From a virus: 64,000 nt of DNA. This document shows, one piece after another, positions 51,122 to 63,715 of the stretch (positions are counted from its first letter, which is position 1; every line of letters starts with the position of its first letter). Below the pieces are notes generated by a model that had not been told where the DNA came from, made no database searches, and worked only from the letters and a program-made list of their open reading frames with translations. Both the position numbers and the translations under genes were made by a program. The stretch is taken from IMG/VR virus record IMGVR_UViG_3300047650_000023; one strand, given 5' to 3'.

Positions 51122-52120
51122 TTAAATTCCCAATTCTTCTGCTTTATCCTTTAAATTATCCAAAATAATCATCATTGCATCAATTTGTTTTTTAGTGCAT
51201 TCAGAAACTTTCTTTCCTGCTCCAAGAGTATCCTCAACAATCTCTGTTAATGTCTCCATTTTATTAACATCCGCAAACCTTTGACCAATATTCTGCAATT
51301 GTTCCATAATTTCATCATAATCGTAAGCTACCGAAGTATTTTTTGCTTTTTGCTCATCATAAGATACAACCTGACTACCGTTAAATTTTTCCTCACCCTC
51401 AATTGCCGCAACAATGGTTTTTTCCAAATTTTCTGCTGTAAATTCTTCAATCAAAGTAGGACAGTATTCAAACCTTGAACGTGCAAAATACTCATTTGTT
51501 TCTGCTAAATGACCAGAAGATTTAATTACTTTATTGTTTTCATCTACACCATTGCTTGTAAGATAAATTACAAAATCACAATTGTCAACAATAGGATTAA
51601 GGCAACGCTTATCACCTTTAGGAGATACAAAGCCATCCCTTTCCTGTGCATGACCAATAAATACAACAGTATAATCACAACTAAGTAAAAGATTAATCAT
51701 CCTAAAATATTCTTTTTCATACATTTGATATAGGTTAGCTTCCCCTTTTTGTGTATCGCCAAGTGTTAAAGCTCCTTTACCATATGTAGTGATACAAAAA
51801 TCTTGGCACAAAATAGAACTTGCATATACTTCATCAATAACAATTGTATCATACATTTCTCTTGCTTTATCAACAGTAGCTTTATTTGTAAACTGTTTAA
51901 TTAGTCTCTTAAAATCTGCCCATGAATTTACTCTATTGTATTTAACTCCAGAAATTGCATTAAGACCTGATTCACATGCGATAAAAAATGGATTGCTTAA
52001 ATGTGATGCGACATAAGTTTTTCCTAGATTATTGCCACCATAAATCATAATTGTCTTGCCTTCAAGTCCTTTGGCGACTGCGGAAACCTGTGGATTGAAA
52101 ATATCTGCTGTAATAGCCAT
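51122..52120 (-). CDS. AAA ATPase, Sak4-like single-strand annealing protein
   Basis: 'IYGGNNLGKT', 'IACESG', 'IVIDE', 'VVFIGH'. Confidence 0.75.
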   Translation of the reverse strand: MAITADIFNPQVSAVAKGLEGKTIMIYGGNNLGKTYVASHLSNPFFIACESGLNAISGVKYNRVNSWADFKRLIKQFTNKATVDKAREMYDTIVIDEVYASSILCQDFCITTYGKGALTLGDTQKGEANLYQMYEKEYFRMINLLLSCDYTVVFIGHAQERDGFVSPKGDKRCLNPIVDNCDFVIYLTSNGVDENNKVIKSSGHLAETNEYFARSRFEYCPTLIEEFTAENLEKTIVAAIEGEEKFNGSQVVSYDEQKAKNTSVAYDYDEIMEQLQNIGQRFADVNKMETLTEIVEDTLGAGKKVSECTKKQIDAMMIILDNLKDKAEELGI

Positions 52121-52205
52121 TAATATACTCCTTTAGTTTTAATTTATTTTTGGATATATAAACAATGCTTATTTTCATACTATTTCATTAGCATTGTATA
52201 TAATA

Positions 52206-53093
52206 TTAGAAACCTAGACTTCTACCGTGTGCTGCTCCAGAAGGTTTCTGTGTTGTTTTAGACTGTGTTTTATTCTGTCCTTTAGCTTTATCTTCTGCAA
52301 TCTTTTCTTCTCTTATCTGAATAGCCGCTTTAATTACTTCTGCATCGTAAGGCAATTCAGCAGTAGTACCTTCTTCATAAGCTTCAGAAGCACCTGTAAC
52401 CAACATGTCATTCTTATAAGTAACGTCCTTCTTAATTCTTGGCTTTCCAATTGCAACTGGGATTTCAGTAATTGTTTCTACTCTATTGTTAATAATCTCA
52501 CCATAAAATTCAACTGTTTGACCAGCAACAAAAGTAGATTCAATTGCACTACCAACATCTTGCTCTGCTACTAGTTTAATTGGTTCAATGCCGTTATATG
52601 TAGGAATCCAACCAGTTACTACAATTCTACCTGTCTCTACACCCTCCTTATCAACTTCAGGTACAATACTATAAACAAAAGTTTCTACTGAGAACTCTGC
52701 TTTTGGCTCGTACTCTTCTCCCTCTTTAAGTCTATTGAAAAAGTTGCTCTTAAAACCAAGTTCATCTTTTCCTGCTTGTGACCTATAAAGATTAATATCA
52801 CCATTCACCTTGACTTTAGTAGCTTCTTCCTCACCAACTTCTGCAATAGATTGATATTCATTCATTACTGTCTGAATTCCAGCAAAACATCCGTTGGGCT
52901 TATTCGCTTTAGTCATTTCATTTACATTAACATTAAATCTTACAAAATTTAAATCAGAAGTTTTAATCGTCAATGAACCAGAAATCTTCTTTTTGTTATC
53001 TTCTGTCGTAACTTTAAGATCCTTTTCACTTAGAACCCCCATTACGAATGCCTTTGCATTGGACTGCCTCAAATTTGTACTTATTTCTGCCAT
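52206..53093 (-). CDS. Putative ssDNA-binding protein of SPbeta-like phages
   Basis: Two OB-fold-like halves, charged C-terminus ending GF; located in the replication block. Confidence 0.55.
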   Translation of the reverse strand: MAEISTNLRQSNAKAFVMGVLSEKDLKVTTEDNKKKISGSLTIKTSDLNFVRFNVNVNEMTKANKPNGCFAGIQTVMNEYQSIAEVGEEEATKVKVNGDINLYRSQAGKDELGFKSNFFNRLKEGEEYEPKAEFSVETFVYSIVPEVDKEGVETGRIVVTGWIPTYNGIEPIKLVAEQDVGSAIESTFVAGQTVEFYGEIINNRVETITEIPVAIGKPRIKKDVTYKNDMLVTGASEAYEEGTTAELPYDAEVIKAAIQIREEKIAEDKAKGQNKTQSKTTQKPSGAAHGRSLGF

Positions 53094-53164
53094 AAATTTT
53101 TTCTCCTTTTAATCTTTCATTATTTTTTATTTATATCAGATGTATTTAAACATTGATAACTTAA

Positions 53165-53737
53165 TTAGACATTAAAATTGAATTCTAAACACTTTCTACT
53201 TGCTAAATAATCACAAAGATGAACAAGACTCTGATACTTAGACTTGGGTTTTGGAAGAACTTCTTTCTTTGTCTTAAAATCTTGATTAAACTGACCCATA
53301 TGAGTACTAATAACCAAAGCAATAAACTTTCTTTGTTCATCTGAGATAATACCATCAAGATTTTTATTATTACTCAATTGTTCAGCCGCTATAATTGGAT
53401 GTTCTGTAACTGTAAATTTAGCATGATTTAATCCAGACTTATATGTATCATGAAGTATCAATGCTGCAATCATCATATCCTTTTCTATGTCTGTATATCG
53501 CATCATCTCCAGTTGTAGAATTTCATGCATAATTCTTACTGCTGCTTTAGTATGACGTACAAGACCTCCTTCACCTAATGCATATGAGGGATGATATCGT
53601 CCTGAGCTGCTCGCAGGTATCTCATAGAAATAGTCTGGAACGATTGTAAGTGCTGTTTCTACAAACTTTTTAATGTTTGGGTTCTGAATAAATCCAAGTT
53701 CTTTAAAAAATAACTCAATCTTTTCTTCGTTGGTCAC
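53165..53737 (-). CDS. HD-domain phosphohydrolase
   Basis: 'YHP...GGL.RHT', 'LHD', 'H', 'THMG', 'LCDY'. Confidence 0.85.
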   Translation of the reverse strand: MTNEEKIELFFKELGFIQNPNIKKFVETALTIVPDYFYEIPASSSGRYHPSYALGEGGLVRHTKAAVRIMHEILQLEMMRYTDIEKDMMIAALILHDTYKSGLNHAKFTVTEHPIIAAEQLSNNKNLDGIISDEQRKFIALVISTHMGQFNQDFKTKKEVLPKPKSKYQSLVHLCDYLASRKCLEFNFNV

Positions 53738-53873
53738 TTAATCTTTCCTTTCTTAAATTTAAAATATCTATATAAACACCTTTTACAAGAAATAATTTAT
53801 ATATACGACAAACTAAAATTAAACATACCATCAAACTCTGAATTGCTTGGCTTTTTATTTGCCGAAACATAAG

Positions 53874-54425
53874 TTACTCTATATTTGCTAATTGTGTGCC
53901 ATTCCCAAACTCTCCAAAATATTTTTCTTCAGCTTTTAGTCTAACTGAAAAAGCTTCCTCTTTTGTATTATAAAAACCAAGATTAAACTTTATACGATCC
54001 CTACCTATGTATGCTTTCCATTTACCTGCATGTTTATCCCAACAGACACCTTTATAACCTGATTTATTATTTATAGCCATTCCTACATTCATCATATTTT
54101 CAGAATAAGTACAAAGTCTTAATTCTGATTTTCTATTATCCAAAGAATCTCTAAATATATGATCTACTGGAATATCTTTTGGAGCATTCATAATAAATCG
54201 ATGCATTAAAACACCGTGTGTATTGCAAGCATATATAGTTTTAGTTTGAATAGATTCTACATTAAAATATTCTCTAACATACCATTTACATTGTTTTAAT
54301 CTTGGAATATCTTCTATGTCAACCTTAATAATCTTAGTTCCTAATATTGAAGAAGCAATATGTAGTTCAACATAATTATCTAAAATTACATATTTATTTG
54401 GTGGTATTCTTTCAATTCCTATTAT
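53874..54425 (-). CDS. HNH-AP2 homing endonuclease; probable ATA start near 54425
   Basis: 'HRFIM...VDHI..D.LDNRK..LR.C...EN..N', AP2 'SGYKGV.W...W.A.I'; frame open to 54437 with no ATG/GTG/TTG before 54206; RBS AGGAGGTG. Confidence 0.85.
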   Translation of the reverse strand: MIGIERIPPNKYVILDNYVELHIASSILGTKIIKVDIEDIPRLKQCKWYVREYFNVESIQTKTIYACNTHGVLMHRFIMNAPKDIPVDHIFRDSLDNRKSELRLCTYSENMMNVGMAINNKSGYKGVCWDKHAGKWKAYIGRDRIKFNLGFYNTKEEAFSVRLKAEEKYFGEFGNGTQLANIE

Positions 54426-54444
54426 TATATCACCTCCTTATTAC

Positions 54445-57400
54445 TTACATTTTCACAAACTTTTCAAGTTCTCCTGCGTTTTGAGATTGCTTCAATTTCT
54501 CCAAATTTCCGTTATTATCAACGCTATACAACCAATAAGCATCCCTCATTATCTTGCTAGTTATTATATATGTCACTTCATCGCTATCGCTTAGATAAGA
54601 TACCCAGATTGATTCTCCTTTCGGTAACTTAATTTGTTGCTTCACTTCTTTTACTTTTGGAATTAGTTATCTTCCTCCTCATCATCATCTTCATGGAACA
54701 TTTCCATAGCATCGTCCCAACCACCCCAATTATCAACTCCGCAAGCTTCAAGACAACCTAGTTTTTCACTGTCTTCTCGAAGTTGATCATAAAGTGCTTT
54801 TGAAATTATTATTGTTTCTTCATTTGACATATTATCACTCCTTCCTTTACTTATTCAATCCGTCATACATACTTGCTTTTTCAATAATATCAGTTAACTC
54901 GTCATAAGAATATTCTTTTGCATCAATCACAAGCATTGTATCACCACCATCAATAATATTTAAATCTGTGGGTGTAGTAATAAGAATATAATCTTCTGGC
55001 AAACACTCTTGAATACTGTTATGTAATTTTAACGCTGTTGAAGATGAAATCAACATACAACCGTTTTTCTTATCCATTGGAATCTTTTGATGTAATATTT
55101 TAGACATTCAATTTCACTCTTTTCTATTATTAATTTCTTTATTATGCTTTACAAACATTCATCATCAGTTCACAAAACTCGGCACTCTTATCACCTGCAA
55201 TCTTTTGACTTACAGAATCCTTTTGTGTAGGCGATAGACTATTCCACAGTGGGGTTGCTCTTGCTACGAAATCATTCATCTTTTCTTTCTTAGTCATTAG
55301 TTTTCACCTCCTAACCATATAAAATCATACTTTCATTCACATTACAGTGTCCCATTTTTCTGCAAGTGTATCTAAAAGGTTTATATTATCAAGTTTCATC
55401 ATAGTTTTAAATCCTTTTTTAATTCCAAATGGTTTTAATGCTTTTCTGAGTGCTGAAATTTTAAAACAACCAAGAATATTTTGTCTATTTCTTACCCAAC
55501 TAATAATAGTTTGATAATCCCATTCGTCATACTCTCGCATATTTTTCAATTCTTTTTCAAAGTCATTTCTTTGAATCCCAACACTTTGCATAAGTTTCTT
55601 TAGACGTTTTCGTTTAGCTGTCATATGTAACTCCTTTTTCTTTAACTTATACTCTCAGCTTGATTTTTAAATGCTTTAATTCTTTCATTAAAATCATCTT
55701 GAGTTATTTGCTTATAATCATCAAACAATTTAATTGGATTCTCTATATAATCTAAAATTGAAAAACAACTATTATTCTGATAAATAAGAATTTTTACGCC
55801 TTTTATTTTACCACATATAATCTCATTAATTTTAATATAGGATATTTCAAATTCATTACTATTAAACGCCCAATATGTATTTTTAAAATAAGATAAATCC
55901 GAATTTAAAATTTCATTTCTTTGATTACATTTTAATGTATTTAATTTTTCATCAAGCTGTTTTAATACAATATTTAACCCATCTATTTGTTGAGTTGTAG
56001 TTAATATCTCAATTGCATTTGATTTAATACTCATTTTTACTCCTTTAAATCTGCTTGTATTATTAAAATATCAAGACTTATAATTTTATCCCCATCAATC
56101 GCGTATTTTATGGTATATTTATCACTACATATGGTGGTTTTAATTTAATTTATATACTATATATAGACACCATTTCTATCAAATAGACTTCTCCAACTCA
56201 TCAATTTCAAGTTCAACCTTCTTATCATTTGAAAGAAGACTGTGTAGTTTACTTTCAAGTGCCTTTAGACGATATTCCTCGTTTTTACGATCAATATTCA
56301 TAAGTTTTGCTTTCAAATCAGTAATCCAATCATCAATTGAATAACTTGAAATATTATACTCATTTAACACGCCCAAATCTTTAGCAGATAAACGATATGC
56401 ATTAAGCTTAACCATAAGAGTAATAATCTGATCTTTATTAAGCACTTGAATATTAGTCCTTATTCCATCAATTTCTATAGAGCAATTTGTTATAGGACAA
56501 AACTTTTCAGTTGCTTTAAGTGACTTCTTTTTATCCTCAACCTGTTTCTTTAGACTTAATATTTTCTTATCATTATTTTCTGTTGCCATTGTTTACTTCC
56601 ACTCCTTAATTATTTCTTTTTTATCGTTATAAGTTACTAAATATTTAGGATTAATTTTATTATATACTTGTTCTGGTAATGAGTTTTCGATTATCCTTTC
56701 ATCCCTATGTCCTTTAATTGTTACATAAACATTATAAGTAGATTCTCTTTTATTATAATAAGAATAATCTCTATATCTTTCTATATAGTATCTTACATAA
56801 TTGTTATTAATTTTAACATAGCACTTATTATGCCAATAGCAATTTTTATTTAATGCTGTTTTAAAATCATTTAATGTATAATCTAAATATTCATCATATT
56901 TAGGTTCTCTCGAAGAATAACTACTACTTTTCAATAATTCATCCATTAAATTAGAATAATCTTCAATACATGTCTTATCGATCAAATCAATAATATTACC
57001 ACTCAAAGATTTAATAGGAATAATTTTATTATAATTTGCGTTTTTATCATAGAAAAAGTATGTTTTAGTTTCTTTTTTGTCTTCATTATTTTCATAAAAT
57101 CTTCCTAAATATATTAACGCATTATTATTATTTGATTTATATGTTCCACCTAAAATTAAATTTTTACCTTCAAATTTTTTATTTTCATGTCTTAATATAT
57201 TTAATTCGGCTATTTCCTTATAATCTGGTGATAAAGTAGGAACAAGTATTAAATCTTTACCATCCCATCCATAAATAAAATCACCCTCAAGCCCCTTGCC
57301 TTTAATTGAGTTAGCATTTTCAAGTATGTAAAGTAAATTTTCAATTGTAATCTCAAACTCAAAATTACGAGGATCATAAACCCTTACATAAGCTTGTCGA

Positions 57401-57639
57401 TGATTCCAATCACAAACATAATCACCAACCTTCTTATTAAGAACAAATCCTGATGTTGGTTCATTCTTATATTCTTGTTGATCAATCTTTTCATCTCGCC
57501 AACTATTCCAAGATGCTTCTTTCCTAAGTTTATTTTTCTGATCGTAATAGATTACATATGCCAACTGTCCTGTATATGTATCTGATCTGTTTTGAAATCC
57601 CACCTTAATTCTTTCAGGCAAAAATATTGTTGTTTTCAA
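54445..57639 (-). other. Six hypothetical ORFs (54445, 54847, 55337, 55642, 56179, 56593)
   Basis: ORF track, RBS present for most. Confidence 0.55.
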
Positions 57640-57651
57640 TTCTATCCTCCT

Positions 57652-58248
<597 letters not shown>

Positions 58249-58398
58249 TTATTACATTTATATTCAACTAACTTTTGCATACCGTCATTAATCAAATGTG
58301 ATAATAGATATTCGTAATCGTGTTTACAAAATAACTTATTAAAAAACTTCATTGTGTCCTTTCTTAAAATCCTAATCAATTGTAGATTTGATTATAGT

Positions 58399-59063
58399 TT
58401 AAAATTCAGTTGAAGCAATTATAAATGGTTCATCAATAAATACATTACTAAGTTTTATAGCATCTCTCAAAGAAATATATCTACACAAACTACCATTTAC
58501 AATTTTCACATCACCAAATTCTTGTATTTTCTTTTCTGAATCGTTGTTCTGTTGATTAAATTTTCTTAAATCATCAACAGACTCAGTTTCCCACCACATA
58601 CCTGTTTTATCAATATTGCATTCATAAATATCATCACTATCTATTGTATCTTCGCCAAATTCATTCCGATACCATGTAATAGTATCTGTTAAGCTTTTAC
58701 CTGTAGCAACCCAATCATAATCTCCAAATTTATAAACTTTAATCTCCATTATGTATTCCTTTCTGTTTTAATTTATTTACTTCACATAAAACGGATATTC
58801 TGTCATAGTTAATGATTGCTTCTTGGACAATCTCGATTAACTCCACCATTCTTCTCTACCCTAACTTCTTCTGGTAATATACCTCTACCTGTTATTTCAA
58901 TTCTGCCTTCATCAAAAAATTGTGTGTCTCCACATTTTCCATCATCGCTTATTGGAGGTGTTAAACCATACTGATCACATCCGTAAAGATAATTAACATG
59001 TGCTGTCAAAACACCCTCAAATCCTGTAACTTTATCTTTTGCCTTTTTACCTAAATCAAACAT
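58399..59063 (-). other. Two hypothetical ORFs (58399, 58809)
   Basis: ORF track. Confidence 0.55.
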
Positions 59064-59120
59064 TTTTATACCTCTTTCTTTCTAATATTATTTATATAAA
59101 TTTATTACTTACAAAAAAGT

Positions 59121-59274
59121 TGGTGGTACGGAGCTTTGCACTCCTGTAACTGTCCTGCATGGTTTAACACAAAGGCAAGCGGCGTTACACCTTCAGTATA
59201 TACTTTGTGCAATTACCCACCGTATGGGGACTGTGTATTTTCTTCCACTGGCTTTATTCTTTGCCTAACCACCA
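59121..59274 (-). ncRNA. Candidate structured non-coding RNA of unknown class
   Basis: GC-richer intergenic island; 5' TGGTGGT pairs with 3' ACCACCA, followed by a T tract; T-arm-like hairpin GGAG-TGCAAAG-CTCC. Confidence 0.55.
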
Positions 59275-59357
59275 TTATTATAGAAACGCTCTTAGATGTA
59301 CTGAATCTCAATTATGTATGTACCTGTGTGAATTCAACATTAGGGTTATATTCTAAC

Positions 59358-60312
59358 TTAATTATCTTCCCAAATCTCTACAATTTCATAACCATTTACA
59401 CATTCATTAATATCATATTCATCAATGATATCGTTCCAATTTTCATTCAAAATCTTTTCTTCTGCTTCTTTTTTATCATTTGCAGTTACATAACCTTTTA
59501 AATTTGTAAAACCATGTGATACAATAAATCCGAAATTTTTCATTTATTCTCACCTCACAATGCTCATCAAAATGCTCTTTTATTAACACTCTAAAATGAA
59601 GTGAATATATTCTCCAACATGCTGACTAAATTCATAATCGAGATCATGACCACCAATACTAAAATCTTCTACGTCATATCCTGTTATTGTATATTCTGAA
59701 TATCCACACAAAGCAATATCTGTTTTTACCTCACCTTCAAGCTCAAACAACAATGATTCCATAGCTTCGTCAATATCACATTCTTTATCAGTAAAATATA
59801 CACGAATGTTTGCATCTTCAATATAACTTTTATCTCCACCTAAACCACGCTTATAATGTCCTGTCATCCCATTATCTTCTGCAAATGATTCTACCTGTCT
59901 CACAATAGGAGAATCACGATCCCAACTGTCAGAGTCCTTATCTTTACTGGTCGCTAACATCCCATTATCATCTGTATTAAGCCAACCTTGAACATGTAAT
60001 TCTGGCATTATGTATCTCTCCTTACTTATTATTAATTTATAATTTCTAAAAATGTTCATCAATGGATTATTCGATGTGCTTTTTAACTTGATTTTTAATA
60101 TAAAATCCATAATCAAAATCACCAATTTCATATCTATAACCATGTAAACCGTTTTGTCCTCCTACTGGAGGAGAGTATTTTTCTAAGAAAATATCTAAAT
60201 ATTTTTTACCAATGACTATTACTAAGTCACTACTACCATAGATACAAGAAACATATTGAGTTAAGTTTATAACATCCATTTGAACTTTTAATGATTTAAT
60301 TTTAATCACCAC
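59358..60312 (-). other. Three hypothetical ORFs (59358; 59583 with probable start MPELHV; 60067)
   Basis: ORF track. Confidence 0.5.
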
Positions 60313-60343
60313 ACTTTTTTAATTTGTTTTACTCTGCTCTTAT

Positions 60344-60372
60344 ATTATACTAACATTTGGACAACTTGTCAA
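60344..60372 (-). promoter_or_regulatory. Consensus SigA promoter
   Basis: TTGACA-17 nt-TATAAT. Confidence 0.85.
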
Positions 60373-60446
60373 TACTATTTTTAAACTTTTCTTAATTTAT
60401 TTTAGTAACTGTTCAAATCCGATAAAATAAAAGTTTTATTATAGCT

Positions 60447-61097
60447 TTAATATTTATTAACCATAGTGACAACATCAATATCATCTTTAATATCATATGA
60501 TTTCCCATTTTGATTTTTTGAAATATACAACCAATCACTCAATCCAATATAGTGAGTCATTATTTTTCTTTTATCTACAATGATAGCGTCAATTTCTTTA
60601 CTTCGATTTTCAATATAAAAATTTAATGCGTTTAATGTTTCAGAAACTTCTTTACAAATATCAATATCATTAATATTATTTATTTCAAAATTCCTTATAA
60701 TTACTGGGCGAGGACATAATACAGTATGATTGTCGTACAGTTCATCAATATATTTAATATTGTCATTATAAGTTGATAAGCACATTGTATTTCCTTGTGA
60801 TAAACTTCTATAATTATCCGATCTTGGTAACGCATAATATATTTTATCAATTATCGAAAATATATAAGTATACATTCCTTTTATATATATTTCATTATAA
60901 TTATCTGTCATTGGAACTGGACTTTTGCTTTGTAATTTTAGATAATTTTCATAAGTATCACAATGATATTTAATATTAAATTCTCTAAAAATCTCATTAT
61001 AATTGTTAAAAGGGTTTTTATTTTTTATATAATCCATCATAACATTACTTATTACTTCTTTTACTTCTTCTGTAAAACTATATTCTTGATTAATCAT
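60447..61097 (-). CDS. Hypothetical protein
   Basis: 216-codon ORF flanked by junction motifs 60422 and 61136. Confidence 0.6.
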   Translation of the reverse strand: MINQEYSFTEEVKEVISNVMMDYIKNKNPFNNYNEIFREFNIKYHCDTYENYLKLQSKSPVPMTDNYNEIYIKGMYTYIFSIIDKIYYALPRSDNYRSLSQGNTMCLSTYNDNIKYIDELYDNHTVLCPRPVIIRNFEINNINDIDICKEVSETLNALNFYIENRSKEIDAIIVDKRKIMTHYIGLSDWLYISKNQNGKSYDIKDDIDVVTMVNKY

Positions 61098-61149
61098 TTG
61101 ATTATACTTCTTTCTTTTTAATTTATTAATATCTCATCAAAGAGAAGTT

Positions 61150-62409
61150 CTATGCACACTTTATAATTTCTTTTTTCCCATTACCGTATTCAAGAATACT
61201 ATCTGGAACTATATTAAAATATGTATTTGCTATATCAGGATACTGCTTTTCAAACTGCTCCATATAAACCCAACAACTACCCTTTTTATTAATCTCTTTT
61301 ATGTAACGATCAATATTCCTTTTATATTTCTTATAGTCTTTATTACTCATTCCCCTACATTGAGAATATAACTTGAAACTAAACTTTTTAAAAATACTTG
61401 GTTGATTACACCAACTTGCTAAATTTGTGTACATTCCTTTATATTTGCTTGTATAACACTTCTCATATCTCATTATGTAAGGTAATGCAGAATATTTTGA
61501 CAGAATTAGAATTCTTTCAAATGTATCTTTAATATCTTTTATCCAAAATTCTTCATCCCATTTTTCATTATAATCATATCCGCAAAGTACATAGAATTTC
61601 ATTCGCTTTTTAAATGATGGATATAATTGAAATATTCTTTTTAGTTTATTTTCTATTAAATCCTTATCCTTAATATTATCAAAAGCAAATATATAATCGT
61701 CATCATATTTCCAAGAAACCAATTCGTGTATTTTTTCATCGTTTAATAGTCTTTCATCTAATCCCTGTTTAAATTGAAAATATTTATTTGTAACTTTGAC
61801 TTCTTGAATTATTTGTTTCCATGATGAACAAGCAAAGAAATTATCATCTAAGAAACACAATTTAGGTCTATCTGCGTCAAGAAATTCATTTACACTACTA
61901 TGTGATATTGCTTGATTGTATTTTTTATTTACACAAAAAGGACATTTTCTAAAGCAACCACGAGTTAAAAATCCAATTGAATAATCTGTATAATAAGAAA
62001 AATCATTTCTGATTTTTTGTATCTGTGTTTTTGTTAACTCATTTTTTAGTTTATTTTCTTTATCTTGTATTGCTACTTTTATTTTCTTTGCTACCAAATC
62101 ATCATACAAATGATAATCAGGCATATGATGTTCAATCTCATCGGGTAATGGTGGAGCATTCTCATAAAAGAAACCTGTTCCACCGTATTGAACATTCGGA
62201 AGGTTTATAATATCATCAGGAATTAAAGTATCTGTAAAAACTTTAGATATCAAAACCAAATCGTATTGATCTAAATTTTCATAATTTATTTTTAAAATAA
62301 CCTCATTACCTTGTTGTTTATAATATCCACTCAACTTCATACAAGCTAAATTGGGAAATCTGTGTTTACTCCGTCCAATTAAATCCGCATCAATAATTGC
62401 TATATTTAT
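61150..62409 (-). CDS. Radical SAM protein with N-terminal flavodoxin/B12-binding-like domain; probable ATA start at 62409
   Basis: 'TRGCFRKCPFC' CxxxCxxC, 'FLDDNFF', 'QGLDERL'; upstream frame adds 'NIAIIDADLIGRSKHRFPNLAC'; GAGGTG 7 nt before ATA. Confidence 0.85.
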   Translation of the reverse strand: MNIAIIDADLIGRSKHRFPNLACMKLSGYYKQQGNEVILKINYENLDQYDLVLISKVFTDTLIPDDIINLPNVQYGGTGFFYENAPPLPDEIEHHMPDYHLYDDLVAKKIKVAIQDKENKLKNELTKTQIQKIRNDFSYYTDYSIGFLTRGCFRKCPFCVNKKYNQAISHSSVNEFLDADRPKLCFLDDNFFACSSWKQIIQEVKVTNKYFQFKQGLDERLLNDEKIHELVSWKYDDDYIFAFDNIKDKDLIENKLKRIFQLYPSFKKRMKFYVLCGYDYNEKWDEEFWIKDIKDTFERILILSKYSALPYIMRYEKCYTSKYKGMYTNLASWCNQPSIFKKFSFKLYSQCRGMSNKDYKKYKRNIDRYIKEINKKGSCWVYMEQFEKQYPDIANTYFNIVPDSILEYGNGKKEIIKCA

Positions 62410-62421
62410 ATATTATCACCT

Positions 62422-62763
62422 CTAAGCATTAAATATATCTTCCTCCTTATAATATGTAAATTGTCTTCTTGTATTTTCTGGAACAGGTAATTCAATTCTA
62501 AATTCAACAACATCACAATTGCGTTCACCACTATAATAACTTAACACGGTCATAGTGTATTGACCGTTATCTTCTATAATGGTAACTTCTTTGCAATTAA
62601 AATTTTGAGCAAATTTACGTACTTCCGACTTAAAACATTTATAGGTCATATATGAACAGAATCCAAAAATGTGATCACTATTATCCACCTTGAATAAACA
62701 TTGTTGCCAATTGCCACGATAGTCTTTAGTTTTATCTTCATTCCATTTAATTCTATTAGTCAT
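62422..62763 (-). CDS. Hypothetical protein
   Basis: First gene after promoter 62796. Confidence 0.55.
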   Translation of the reverse strand: MTNRIKWNEDKTKDYRGNWQQCLFKVDNSDHIFGFCSYMTYKCFKSEVRKFAQNFNCKEVTIIEDNGQYTMTVLSYYSGERNCDVVEFRIELPVPENTRRQFTYYKEEDIFNA

Positions 62764-62795
62764 AATAAGTACCTCACTTTTAATTTATTGTACTT

Positions 62796-62824
62796 ATTAT
62801 ACTATAAATAAATTAAGATTGCAA
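62796..62824 (-). promoter_or_regulatory. Near-consensus SigA promoter
   Basis: TTGCAA-17 nt-TATAAT. Confidence 0.7.
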
Positions 62825-62933
62825 TAGTTATTTCAAACTATTTATTAAACATACCATAAAAGACAGGTTTTATTATATGCTTGTATCTATATATTGGGTT
62901 ACTAATTTTAATAACTACTATATATAGTATGTA

Positions 62934-63659
62934 TTAATTATTATATACAAACAATTTTTCAATACTTTGACTACGACTTGCTTTATCTAATGTTGTGGTT
63001 AATTCTTTGCTCCAAATACATTTAAAATCTTTCGGTGCATTATATTCACTTATAAATACTTTGTTTTCTTTTGATATATCTCTAATCCATTGCCAAAATA
63101 TATCATAGTCAAAGTTTTTACTTGTTCCATAAAGTGTTGTACCTTGATATGGAGGATCACAATATATAATAGCATTTTTAAAACCAGTAAAATATGTATA
63201 GTCTTCAGCTACAAATTCAACATCATCAAGTTTAAATGCTTGATTGATTATGTTTCTTACAGCTTCATCATAATAGTTTCTATCTGTGTCTATCTTTGTA
63301 TGTACTATTCCAGCATAACCTCCAAACCACTTTGCATTATAAGTTGCACAAAATCCTGCAATGGCTACAAGAGCCTTACCGTAATCCTCTTTATGGTCTT
63401 TAATACTATTATACATTTCTCTTGTCATCGTTTCTGGAGGCTTCCAGCCTTGTTGTAGAGACTTCCACATATCAATTAAATACTCATTATTATCAGCACC
63501 TATTTTTTTATTACATCGAATTTTCTCCATCATATTTGCTCCACCAACAAAAGGCTCAATATAAATTTTTTTATCATTTTCATCTATATAGCGTTGAATA
63601 ATTGGAGAAATTTCTTTTGCTATACGTGCTTTACTTCCCATATATTTAATAATTATCAC
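62934..63659 (-). CDS. Dam-like (D12 class) DNA adenine methyltransferase
   Basis: 'YMGSK', 'YIEPFVGGANM', 'YCDPPY', 'VFISEY'. Confidence 0.92.
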   Translation of the reverse strand: MIIIKYMGSKARIAKEISPIIQRYIDENDKKIYIEPFVGGANMMEKIRCNKKIGADNNEYLIDMWKSLQQGWKPPETMTREMYNSIKDHKEDYGKALVAIAGFCATYNAKWFGGYAGIVHTKIDTDRNYYDEAVRNIINQAFKLDDVEFVAEDYTYFTGFKNAIIYCDPPYQGTTLYGTSKNFDYDIFWQWIRDISKENKVFISEYNAPKDFKCIWSKELTTTLDKASRSQSIEKLFVYNN

Positions 63660-63715
63660 ATTCTTTCTTAATTTCTTTTAATATACAATCAATCACACGT
63701 TTGATGGTATACATT

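Noticed and set aside
59121-59274. Canonical tRNA or tmRNA
   Set aside because: Acceptor/T-stem length is wrong, and no D/anticodon arms or tag frame are identifiable; kept only as an unknown ncRNA candidate.
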